A DNA stretch of 64,000 nt from Ascidiella aspersa (taxonomy: Eukaryota): positions 11,656,001 through 11,720,000 of the forward strand of contig OZ004610.1 of the NCBI GenBank assembly GCA_963924565.1, given 5' to 3'. The position numbers were made by a program, and so were the translations under genes. The notes beneath the pieces are model-generated. The model ran no database searches, was not told where the DNA came from, and worked only from the letters and a program-made list of their open reading frames with translations. Shown here piece by piece: positions 51,601-61,733 of the stretch (position 1 is the stretch's first letter; each line of letters begins with the position of its first letter).

Positions 51601-52068
51601 CGCCTGAAAACAGCTTATCTATAACAGTTTTAGAGTAAGAAAATCAAACATGTACACCGCCAGACCCCAGGTTGTACCTTCACATGTCCCTTATGTATTT
51701 GTTTATGACTTAATGTCACAAAAATTTTTGCGGCTTTTGTTTGTTGTGGTAGGATTCTAAACCAGCGCCGTTATCTGTCCAAAACACAAGTCAAGTCATT
51801 AAAAAATATTGAATTAATTGAATTTAAGTCATGTCACAACTCACAACAGTGCAAATGGATTGCTATTTTTATTTCTCCAGCCAGTGACAATTATTATTTG
51901 TAAAATTAAGTAAATTATGTTACTTTATTTTAACAGGTGTAGCACAAATATACCTAACCTTAGAACAGAGGTGTCCCGCAGAAGTGTATTAATTGGTGTT
52001 CCAGGTTGTGAGTTGGGTAAAAGTTCAATACCACTTAACAGGTCTTCTTCTGATATTTGAGTTTCCAT
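14948..52068 (-). CDS. CNTROB: Centrobin (daughter-centriole coiled-coil protein), 26 coding exons, ~1374 aa
   Basis: Minus-strand exons: 52068-51959, 50451-49608, 49548-49302, 49213-49111, 48839-48654, 48568-48439, 48177-48061, 47856-47743, 47472-47335, 47089-46994, 36916-36707, 29791-29714, 28306-28176, 26589-26502, 25706-25554, 25109-25027, 22394-22219, 21618-21540, 20676-20485, 18543-18447, 18079-17896, 17250-17172, 16610-16454, 15938-15813, 15268-15176, 15061-14948. All are GT-AG, phase-compatible and open (4125 nt). Colinear centrobin-like blocks: 'LEKERYRRKHCEKQIQKLQ...QELAVA...RKKDLMIEQLDKTLAKVVDGW', 'MQNLLQAHYNETLQ', 'SHAFVPL', 'LQHYISMLLE', 'QMGEISRMLGLY...AEQLLHYLR' and terminal 'AWR*'. 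Confidence 0.9.
16055..16392. mobile_element. hAT-type MITE (family B, copy 1) in centrobin intron 23
   Basis: TIRs CAGTTGTTCTTAAACT / AGTTTAAGAACCACTG; reverse-complement homologue of 24622-24938 along its length; TSD degenerate. Confidence 0.8.
17267..17343. repeat. 20-bp minisatellite x~4
   Basis: ATCAACNNCTATTTTAAAA(C/T) is repeated about four times next to the acceptor of centrobin exon 22. Confidence 0.9.
17693..17806. repeat. Inverted repeat / fold-back element in centrobin intron 21
   Basis: GAATCAGGTGGCACTGTATA(A)AGACA (17693) pairs with TGTCT(A)TATACAGTGCCACCTGATTC (ending 17806); a partial third arm lies between; TGTTTAGAAAAGAG occurs on both sides (~17679, ~17847). Confidence 0.8.
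22727..23043. mobile_element. hAT-type MITE
   Basis: Ends CAGTGATTC / GAAACACTG; flanks ATCTATAG / GTCTATAG (7/8 TSD); internal GTGCCGCG motifs near both ends. Confidence 0.7.
24622..24938. mobile_element. hAT-type MITE (family B, copy 2)
   Basis: TIRs CAGGGATTCTT(G)AACT / AGTTTAAGAATCCCTG; TSD CTATAGAT / CTATGGAT; homologous to 16055-16392. Confidence 0.85.
27492..27590. mobile_element. Degenerate fragment of MITE family B
   Basis: TAGGGTTGTTAAACTTTTTT.GCGCGGAACACTAAA...CGTGGA...ATATGACGTCA resembles the left end of 24622; no right TIR found. Confidence 0.55.
28443..28795. mobile_element. hAT-type MITE
   Basis: TIRs CAGTGCTTTTCAACC / GGTTGAAAAACACTC; flanks ACCTAGGG / GCCTAGAG (6/8); subterminal TTTTTTATCCGCAC occurs twice. 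Confidence 0.7.
32480..34743 (+). CDS. Chondroitin polymerizing factor (CHPF)/chondroitin synthase-family protein, C-terminal domain only, ~473 aa; nested antisense in centrobin intron 11
   Basis: Exons 32480-33136, 33580-33766 and 34166-34743 (phases 0 and 1). Type II TM 'IVGGILLGFF'; CHPF/CHSY-like blocks 'YEVTRWLYFDE', 'GYARTDSQRGIDYMLDL', 'IKIIVPI', 'FSEQFLVHCR...GKRVYFPVAFEQYDP', 'GYW', 'VFSGIEPNL' and 'C...L...QYLKC...LGSKPALG'. Strong GC3 codon bias. Confidence 0.85.
35581..36160. repeat. Dispersed ~60-bp direct repeat, probably within a degraded transposon
   Basis: CTG(C/T)GAAGCAA(A)CCTATAA(C/T)TTGTCTTTATAATTGAAAA.TATTT.ACAAT occurs at ~35581 and ~36047; TGCACCCCTA follows each copy. 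Confidence 0.7.
37411..37640. repeat. ~125-bp tandem duplication
   Basis: TTTTCTTACTC.AACACTGTTACA....GATAAGCTGTTTTGGGGCGAACTCATGT...CAGATT.AAAAGCGA occurs at ~37412 and ~37537. Confidence 0.85.
39680..39960 (+). promoter_or_regulatory. Putative CpG-rich promoter of the nested LRR gene
   Basis: CpG-dense; GTGACGC motifs (~39687, ~39761) and an alternating CACACGCACGCGCGCGCGCGCGC tract (~39858-39880) lie 250-450 bp upstream of ATG 40139. Function is inferred from position. Confidence 0.4.
40139..46131 (+). CDS. Single-pass LRR receptor (SP-LRRNT-LRRs-LRRCT-Thr-rich stalk-TM-short tail), ~429 aa; nested antisense in centrobin intron 10
   Basis: Exons 40139-40358, 40805-40903, 42287-42482, 43297-43411 and 45472-46131 (phases 1, 1, 2, 0). 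Signal peptide; LRRNT 'CRCYKDGWMDCAAVGLTRIPDDLP'; LxxLxLxxN repeats; LRRCT 'GNAWNCTCQL...HCPG...FCIMC...C'; Thr-rich stalk; TM 'WAIALVVLAVVCMIVLIAVVIVLLV'. Confidence 0.9.
42620..42730. mobile_element. Truncated MITE family B left end
   Basis: CAGGGGTTCTCAAACTTTTTTTACCGCAGACACCCTAA...GCGTG...ACGTCATCAATT resembles the left end of 24622. Confidence 0.6.
43641..44612. mobile_element. Young hAT-type non-autonomous element (~970 bp) in intron 4 of the nested LRR gene
   Basis: TIRs TAGGGATG(T)TCAAAGTAGAAT / ATTCTACTTTGA(G)CATCCCTA; perfect 8-bp TSD GTTGGAAG (43633-43640, 44613-44620); subterminal (TTC)GAATC repeats at both ends. Confidence 0.92.
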
Positions 52069-52517
52069 GTTGAGCCCCTAACACACTACACCTAAAACAC
52101 GATTGTTCAGTTTTACAATCAATTGGATCTGTACTGCTTTTTAGCTTGGTTGGTAAAGCAAAGATACAACAATAACAAAACTGTTCTTCAGTCAACGTAT
52201 ATGTTTAAAAGGCAACGGAAAGTTTAACCGCCAAATGTTTATATTTCCTCACAAATACTCGGGCTAAATGACCGTTACACGAACACGATTTGCAATCCAT
52301 CTACTTGAATCGGTGTTGAATTAAGAGTGCGCAGCGTCCCTGGAGATTTTCCGTTTTTAAATCCTAAAATCGGACGTTTATTCGAAAAAAAAATGGATGT
52401 TAAAGCTACCATAACTTCTCATTCCCAAATTACTTTTCTGTACAAAATATTTTTTAAATGTATAATAATTGTAATGACCCTTGTTCTAAGAACAAGTCGA
52501 ATCATAAGGTTTCTACT

Positions 52518-53716
52518 GTAGGGGGTAGCCTTATTATGTGTTGTCATTTGATGACGTGACCCGAATTAAGCGCTGCCATTAGGCGTAAAATTTGAAGCAA
52601 CAAGTTTCCAACAAGAAAATTTTTCATCGTTGGATCAGGAAATTAGTTTGAACCTCGCAACTCAACAACTAAGCCGCAACGATCATCCGAAAAAAACTAA
52701 CAAGAAGAAGAAAAGACAGCAAATGAGCAACGAACTTTCCTCATCATTTGTATCGAAGAACCTTTTGTAACGAGCGCCCCTAACCAAATGTTCACAAGAG
52801 AACAAGCGCCGCCGATCAACAATTGGAGGAAACCGCACTGCAACGATGCAATCGCAATTCGTCGCTGGATGTCTTTGAAACTTTTGCTTAAACTACCGTG
52901 CTGAATAAACAAGGTGAATGTCAATTTATCTTACAAAATATCTATAAAAAATCTAACTTTAACGCCGAAGATCTGTTCATTTATGCTGTGAAACACGATT
53001 AATAACCGTAAAAATATAAATGTTAGAAATGCGCATATAAAGTTTTGATAATAGCGCTAAAACTTGTAAATATTGATTTTATTTTGTTGTGCACGAAACA
53101 TTTTTGTGTAAAATATCCAAATTCTTTTAAACATTTGTACGTTTTGGGGTTTTAGTTAGGGAAGTCTGAATCAAAATACGCACAACGCGTCTAGTTAGGT
53201 AGATTACAAAAACACGAGACGTAACATTCCTCGTAAAAGCATAATAATTTATCCGCGCGCGACACATATGCTTCAATTCGTGCAAGTCCAAACACGAATT
53301 TAGGGATAAGCCTATTACCTGCCTTTGTTAAAAGCAATAGCGAAAAAGCAGCAATTTAGAAGGTGTTTTTATGTACTGCGTTTTGAAAACTAACGAAATG
53401 TGTTATTTAACAACAACAAAAAAATAACTGCCTTTCTTTTGTTTTGTTTTCAAAGGTTTCCATTGTATTGCACGGTTGTGGACGACTGAACTTGACAAAC
53501 AACAGATCGAGATGTAGGCTACAGCAGTTCCTGTTGAACTTCGAAACACCAACGGAAGATTTTTCAACTTGCTGTTACATGTGCCAAATTTAACTCGTGA
53601 TTTTGTTTTGTCATGTTCATGTTGTTCACAATTTTAAGCACAAATCTTTTATGGCTGCGATAAATAATATGTAGGGGGTAGCCTTATTATTTGTTGTCAT
53701 TTAATGACGTGGCCCA
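52518..53716. repeat. Two copies of a ~48-bp motif upstream of centrobin
   Basis: TGTAGGGGGTAGCCTTATTAT(G/T)TGTTGTCATTT(G/A)ATGACGTG(A/G)CCC occurs at ~52518 and ~53670. Confidence 0.85.
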
Positions 53717-54326
53717 ATCGCAGACCTGTCATCATTAACATTGCTCGTAAAGTACCGGTAACACGAAGATGTTATTTGCATTCCGTTAACACGCCTCTGC
53801 TAAACGATGGCCAGGCGATGTGTACAAAAACTTAACGAAAGGATCTTAACTTATTTAACTGAACTGGAACTGACCTGGACAACCCACCCAACTAAAATAA
53901 TGTAACGGACAAAAATTATTAAGCTGGACCGTTAGTATTGGATCCTGGACTCTTTCACTACCAGTTTAGTCCTGCACTACCTCCATAGTCTAAAGAAGGA
54001 TCGAGTTATTTCATTATTATTTAACACTCGATTTCACGTTCGTAACAGCAATTCGAGTCTTAACACTTTGTCTTCGAGCCAAATACCGAGACTTTTTTAA
54101 TTATTTTAATACGTTTACAAGGCGCACTCGGGTAGGTTAATTAGATATTAAAATTATTAGACTATAATGTTATATTTGCCTGATTTTTGAGTGGCTGAAC
54201 AAAATGAAACAATCCGTGTGCTCTTCGTCACTATTGCATATTACGTTATTTTCGGGTGGGTTTAATTAAGAGGTGGTTGTAGACCGCTATCCGGATAGCG
54301 GTTAAATGGATACCCGAGGGTTGTTG

Positions 54327-54735
54327 CAGGGTTGCGGAGTCGAAGTCGGACTCTGAACTCGAGGAGTCGGTTTGTTTTGCTGGAGTCGTCCTCGGGACTC
54401 GAGTAAGACCACGTAAAACTACAGTAAGACCACGAAAAACTGTCCCGAGTCCGACATGCGCATGCGCAGTACCAAATTGTAAAACTGGTGTGGCCGCCAA
54501 CTGAAGGGAATGGGTATGGGAATAGCATATGGTGTAATATTTTCCAATCATGTACTGTATTGTCAGTGGATGAATTATACGATACCCCTAAAAGTGGATT
54601 GCTGAATATACACGATATTTTAGTTGCGTAAATTGGCGGAATAGCCTACAAGCTGTAGAGTCAGGGCAGGCCCCGGGACTCGACAAAATCGCACATTCGG
54701 GTTAATTTTTTTGCTAACCGATTCCGCAGCCCTGT
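54327..54735. mobile_element. MITE with GAGTC subterminal repeats
   Basis: TIRs CAGGGTTGCGGAGTCG / CGATTCCGCAGCCCTG; multiple GAGTC/GACTC units inside; TSD not convincing. Confidence 0.7.
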
Positions 54736-57700
54736 TTTTTTGCTATCTGATATCCGCATATAGCGTAATGTTACCGGTTGACCGGGTAGCATAGGTAACG
54801 TTTTGGTTTGTTTCTACACCTTTTTAGTTCTGTTTCAGCCCCTTTTCGCCAAAGTTCCTATAGGTGAATGTTTGCCCCAAAAGCCGCCCGGGGTGGCGGC
54901 AACTATAATGGTTTATATAAAGTAACTTAAGTTGAGAATTAACGCTTATTGTCAAATAAAGGAGACCTATAGGTCTACTTATACTTCCCAGGAAAATGAT
55001 GTTACTTATGACTGAACTATTGCTAAGTAGCTTATATCTGATTCAAACATTTATATCTTTTCTTGAACGATGCACTTCATGGCACTACACGTTCGGTAAC
55101 AATAAATTTCAGAGCATTTGATGTGATTTTTGCGTTTACATCGTCCATTTTGAAACAGTAAAGGCGCTGGTCGTCCCTTGACTGTTAAGCCGCTGATTGT
55201 GTTTGAAACGGGTTGACTTAATGGTCTCCCACAATAATTAAGATTATCAACTTATATTCTTATAAGGATAAGGTCTGTGTGAAAGCTACATTGCATCGAC
55301 TGGCGCGGTACAGATTATTATCGCTATTTATATCTGCGTGACTGTAATAAATCAAATCCAATTCTTTGTCTTGTAAGTTTTTCGTACAATGCAAATAAGT
55401 ATGTAACAAAAAGCAATGTTGTGTACTGCCAAACTGCATCCAACGTAAAAATAATCACGTTTGAAAATTTCCTAATGCATATTAAGTTGTAACATGTCAG
55501 TTTAAATTTGATAGCCTCATCAAAATTTGTTTGCCTCGTGGACAGCCCATGACTATAATAAATAAATGTGGCAAATCACATGCAAACTAAAAGTGATGTT
55601 ACGGATTGGTCAGAGGGCAAAATGATGTGAAAATATATTTTCAAATGGCATAACAGTTTTACATAGCCTAAGCCGAAACGTTGCACTACGTAGACCTAAC
55701 GCTACACATTCAGCAGGTATAAGCTATCAATTTCAAAACATGTGGTGGGTGTTTTTTTTATTTCGGTTTGATCAGAGAACATGTAACTTATATTGTAAAA
55801 TAGAAAATGCGATAATAAAAACGAAAAAAATATTTTGCAATTAACGTACTAAATTTGTTAAAAGACAGCAACATGCCCTCGTCTCCAGCTATATCCAGCC
55901 TTGTGAACACCTTAGTTAGTTTAAACTTTATTTTGCATCAGCCTGACCAAAATTATGTTGAAGGTAATTCAAATGGTTTGTAGAGAAGTAGGCTACCATT
56001 TTCCATCACGACATCCAACTAATTTATAGTGTAATTGGATAAACGGTATTAGGAGTGCATTTCTAGGACGGTACTGTAACTAAGCTAGCCGATTTTATTT
56101 AGAGCATAGCACAGCATAAAACGCATCATGGTAATCATGATAGATAAAAATCATCGTCTGAATGTAAAATAAATTTCTTGTTGTAAAAATGTAACATAAT
56201 TTTTTTTCTTAGAACGATGAAAATTTTCTTACTGGAACTCTAAAAATTTTTAGAGACTACGTCACAAAGTCACGTATAACTGGACGTCAAAACCGAATAA
56301 CCTTAGGTTGTCATTCGAAGTAAAACACGTTCAAGGAGATGGCGGGACGGCCTGGTATAAAGCGACAATGCCTATTGGAAAAAAATAATAGTTTTTACAG
56401 GTGATGGGTATCTGCAAAAATTTCATGTAACGCTGTTCCGACAGCAATTTTTTTTTACAGAAACGGCATTCTGAGACATTGCGGCTTGAGCCTAACTGCT
56501 AACAACTTTTGTATGCTCATCGTGTCGTGTTCTTGGCGATATGGCTTTCATTTGCCTTGCTGCTATTACATTGCACTTGTGGGAATTCGTGCATTTCAAT
56601 AATTGTTTTTAAATTAAAACCCGCTTAAATTATATGCGACACCCCGTCATACGAAAGCGAATCACTCGCAATGACGTCTACATTTCGATATTCGTTGAAC
56701 CAGGCTGTGATATCGCGTGACGCGTGATTAGCCAAAACGACTTACAATTGTATTCGAATTGGGTTTCGCGAATCACACTATAAATACGACTTAACACACG
56801 CACAGGCCACCAATTGTATAAAAACCAAGGTTTAAAATGGATATAGCTCCAGCGGTATGGTGTGACAACGTAATGTTATCACTTCAGGTCCTAAAAACAG
56901 AAATATTTTTATTTGCGGTCATATACGATAAGCGTTTTAGTGTAAAACACTTTGGTGTGCAATTGATGACGCGTCGACAAAAGCATTTTTTTTTCAGGGA
57001 AACTTTATCAGGCAATAACGAATTTCAATCACGAACGCTTGCTAAAATACCGTTACTTTTTCTACGTGTTTGATATTACTACTATTGGTAAGCGTTGCAC
57101 AACGGAAACATGGAGCGTTTCGAATGTACCAAGCAAATGGTTGTTTTACGACCATTCAATTGCGCTGAATGTAATGATTATTACAGAGGTCTAAAAATAC
57201 AACGAAATGAGTTCCCTTTACAAAAAAACAAGCTGGGTAATTTATAATAACAATTCTTATAAAGTTGTTGGCAGTCTGTGTAATTTCTGACAAACCTATG
57301 AACGAAAGGGATCGATAAACGTCAACAGTTTTATTTATTTTAACAGATAATTATCCACGAAATTAGGAGCGAACAAATCAAAACGTTTCAAAACTAAAGC
57401 GTGTTCTCAATGCGATGTGGATTGCAATTACATAATCAAAACTTCGCACTATCTCGTCATGCAATTGGCAAGAGCATCCATTTTCCACGGCCCGACCGAA
57501 TATAACGGAAAGGTCAATTGAGTCTTTGGTTTGTCGTGACCAGACTTGGAGTTTCACGAAGGGCGTCGACGGCAATTAAACGGCCAACGAGCAGCAAAAA
57601 GCCGCCTGTTCCCGTTTTTCCAGCGTTAACACATCCAGCGAGCAAAAGCCCGCCTGAGACAGCTTTCGAAGAAACCAACTAAGATGACGGCATGACGTTT

Positions 57701-58540
57701 GGTCGGCGTTCAAAAGTCGCTAATGCGTTCGCGCCACGACTTTCTTTGCGGACGAACCCGTGCATGGGTCAGCCCACTTGTCCCTTCCGCATTTCCCTCT
57801 GGCCGAACGCAGAACTGTGGTCTTCCCACGTTGGCGGTCGTGTCGATCACGCGGCATCAGAAGACGCAGGGGACCTAAACAAAGTCACAATTAATACCGC
57901 ATTTGTCGGCGCAGACCGCTGACGTTTTTAATTACGTAACACACGGGACGATGAAAAATGTCCATGCAAGGGTCAGAGCTGGTGTTGGGATGGCGTCATA
58001 CGAAACGTAGCGCACTATTTCATTTCCTGTCTAGCGCATGACCTCGCGCCGCATATACGCGACGGGGTTAAATCATACACCCGCCCGCGATTAACCGCGA
58101 ATCTGTAGTTTCAATCACCTGTATTGATATACAGAAGGCACGACATAAAAGAAAGCTTTTCGAATAGCCTTGTACAGAAAAAAAAAGTATTTTTAAGAAA
58201 TAAATTTGTCACATGTGGTACCGCCTTCCCATACAAATTTGAGCTCTTTAAAACAACAAAACAATTGCATTACATACACTTTTGAAACAATAACAAAACA
58301 TCACAATCAAATTAGTTTGATCCAACGAATATCGGATTACTGGCTACAAAGGTTAGGTCTTCAGAATTTCATAAAATGATTTGACGTATTGATTGATTGC
58401 CATCCAAGTCGTGACCAGAAATGACATTTGGGATTGTGCTACATTCTGTCCAATAAGTTGAGACGAATTTTCAGAAGGGCCATTATGCTGTTTTACATCT
58501 TGGTTGAAGCATCAAAGTTGGTTAAGTAAAATATCAAAGA

Positions 58541-60993
58541 ATGGTAGAAAAGTATAGAGTGTTTCTTTTGATTTTTGCCTTGTCAATTTTAAGTCCAGGG
58601 TTTTCAATATGGAGCTGTCCATCAGGATGTTCATGCTTTCGAGTATGTATTTTTATATATAATTGAGTCATAAAATATAATGGAATCATATCAATAATAA
58701 CATTAAATACTTATATAACTGTCTTACTTATGATGAACAACAAATACTCATATATATATATAAGCATAAACAAATTAAGCTTTTAGGTGTTTTTAAAGTT
58801 TAACGCACTATGAAACATAGAATTGATAAGCGTGGTCGTACTAAATAATCTTTATTAAAAAAACCTCTTTCTGTAAAAGGCTTTTCACAAATTATAGGTA
58901 ATATATGCAGTAACAAAGATACATGCATTTGTTTCAGGGTTATCTAGTTTGTTTGTCATCACAACAAAACCCCAGGAGTCAGATGCCCGAAACAATTCCA
59001 CCGAATGTCACCCACATATATCTGGACCGAAACCAAATCTCTGTGATAGAACATAGAGACTTCATGACACAGGAAAACTCAAGCCAGGATTTGCGATATC
59101 TTAGCATAATTAGCAACACAATAAAGGAGATCCAGCAAGATGCATTTCAACCGCTTACAAATTTAGAGACCTTACATTTGCAGGGAAACAAGCTGGCCAG
59201 AATTGACAGAAGCACCTTCAATGGTCTTACCAAACTTAAAGAATTAAATTTGCGGGATAATCTACTCCTAACAATTGCATGTGGAGCATTTTCAGGTATG
59301 CATGACCTGAAAACCTTAAATCTAGCCCTTAACAAACTTACTGGAATTAAAAACTGCACATTCAACGGATTAAGCAAGCTGAGTGAACTGGATCTTTCCA
59401 ACAACATTGTGACACATGTGGACTCAAATGCGTTCAGAAACATGAGGGTGTTAAACTACCTAAAACTTTATAACAATCATATATCCAAAATAAAATTTAC
59501 CTGGTTTACAGGCAAAAACTTAATCAGGGTACAGTTGATGGGTAACCCTTGGTTGTGCAGTTGTTCAACGATACAAGAGTACACAAACGCAAAAACATTC
59601 TTAGCCCGAAGCAGTTGTTCGAATATTGACAACATGTGTATTATATGTTATAAACCGCATGAGCTGCAGTCGCAACCAATCAATTCGGTAAACCTGACTA
59701 ACTGGAAGCAGTGCAAGTCAATCTGGCGACAGTCTTCTACTGTCATGTGCAACGCTAAAAAAACTAACTGCAAACTTACTGGCAGTGAAAATGAGACCAT
59801 TTGGAGAGACAATTTGCCCAGGACAGTTCAACAGCTCAACATCACCAAGAATGATTTACCAAGAATTACCAAAACCATTTTTAACAACCTTCAAGATTTG
59901 GTTCACTTGCAGCTTGTCTCCAACAATATTGTCACTATTGAAGACTATTCGTTTACAAATAACAACAAGCTTGAGGTGAAACAAACAATTAAGTAATCTA
60001 TCAAATTATCAATATATTTTGGTATTCAAAAAGTTGATTTCATATATTTTTTAATAAAGGTGATGGACTTACAGGACAACAACATAACAAATATTCAAAG
60101 AAATATGTTTCATGGTCTCACTAGTTTGGTCCAATTAAGCTTGCAGGTGAGTTAAGGGTACCTAAAATGTGAATTAATATTGAAATGAACAATAATATTA
60201 ATTAATATTTCAGGAGAACGCAATTAGTGGAACCTTAAAGAATCGAACATTTGAACTTCTACCATCATTATCATATTTAAACCTTGGTTCAAATCGAATA
60301 CAGGAAATAAAAGACTGTGCATTTTGCAATGTCACATTATTGACAGAGTTATTACTTCAAAATAATATAATTACCTTCATACATCCAAATGCCTTTTTGG
60401 TAAGTTTAAGTTTTAAAACACCTGCATTGCAGATAAGTAGCCTATATATATATAAGAAACACAATTATAGATTTCTAAGTTTAAGACATACTATCGTTAA
60501 ATTATATACTGTTAAAAAAATTGTATAATATATTTAAAAAAATATTGAGAAAATAAAATATACTTTGTAGGGCGTTAGAAAGCTTCAAACATTGAACATT
60601 GCCAACAATCAGATCACTTTCCTGGGACTTAAGCGGTTTGTAGACATGACTTTTTTAAACATCTTTAATCTCAACAACAATCCTTGGAACTGCACATGTC
60701 AGATGAAAAAGCAGCTGCAGGCGTTACTGCAAGGAATCAAGAAATCAGCTTCATGCAAAGACAATAACTTATGCATTAGATGCTTTACTCCAAAGAGTTT
60801 GCGCAATACCAATTTATTGGATCCTGAGCAAATGCTGAATTGCAATGTCACAAAGACAAGGCCAGCAATGTCAAAAAGCCCAGTGCTCTCCACAACTGCA
60901 TCAAATGCCATGACATCACCACAAAATAAAACCTTGAACAATATAATGATATTTTTACTGACTTCTATTTTTTTCACGATCTTTATTGGCTGA
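58541..60993 (+). CDS. Double-module LRR protein, probably GPI-anchored, ~611 aa
   Basis: Exons 58541-58642, 58938-59975, 60060-60146, 60214-60399 and 60571-60993 are all phase 0. Signal peptide plus 'WSCPSGCSCFR'; LRRs; LRRCT 'GNPWLCSC...CSNIDNMCIICYKP'; second N-cap and LRRs; LRRCT 'NNPWNCTC...CKDNNLCIRCFTP'; short S/T stalk; ends on a hydrophobic tail 'IMIFLLTSIFFTIFIG*'. Confidence 0.9.
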
Positions 60994-61733
60994 ATACTTA
61001 AACATGTACTAAGTTGTTGCAAGTAAATACAAACTAGTTTGTGGTAAAATTCCTAACAATACTCCACAAGGTTAGTTGATGTGTACATAGAGTTGGGAGA
61101 TGGGGGATTTTTCATCACAAAATGTACATCTCCAGGAAGACTGATTTTTTTTATTTTTTTTTATTTAAATTGTGTTAAAATTATGTTGGATGCTAGATCA
61201 TTCAAAAACGTTTGATGCTCAAATATTATGTAAATCTATGATATCACATTAATTAAGTCATTGATAAAGTGATTATGACCCCAAAATAAAGTGTGCACAA
61301 CAACTAATAAATTTAGACACTGTCATACTTCCTGCCATTGTAAACTTTTTTCTTATTTCCAAGAATTTTGCAATAATTAAGTGGTTAAAATAGTAAGCGA
61401 TTGTAATTTAATACTATTTACAACAATTGAATGTATTAATATGTGATACTATACATATCTCAATTATTTTTTACATTTTTAAGCTGTATAAAATGGAGGT
61501 TTCCAAGTGCCATGTTATCAGTTAAAATGGTCAGTGATAAAATTGTTGTGGCCCAGATGTAACAAAGCTTAGTTAAAGGTATAGATCAATGCAAGCTTGT
61601 TTTTAATAGACTGTTTTGGTTATATGAAATAAAGTTTTTTATTAAAAAATGTGTTGTTTTATTTTGCATATAGATAGAAGATATTTAATCTCTAAAAAAT
61701 TGTTAAAAAAACACAGCATACAACTATTATAAG

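Noticed and set aside
56569-56600. CATTGCACTTGT matches the 5' end of the miR-25/92 family
   Set aside because: The match ends after 12 nt and no complementary 5' arm for a pre-miRNA was evident.
52100-58500. VLR-style somatic assembly locus with scattered LRR donor cassettes
   Set aside because: All LRR-coding segments found belong to complete, in-frame spliced genes; no orphan LRR cassettes or incomplete germline gene were seen.
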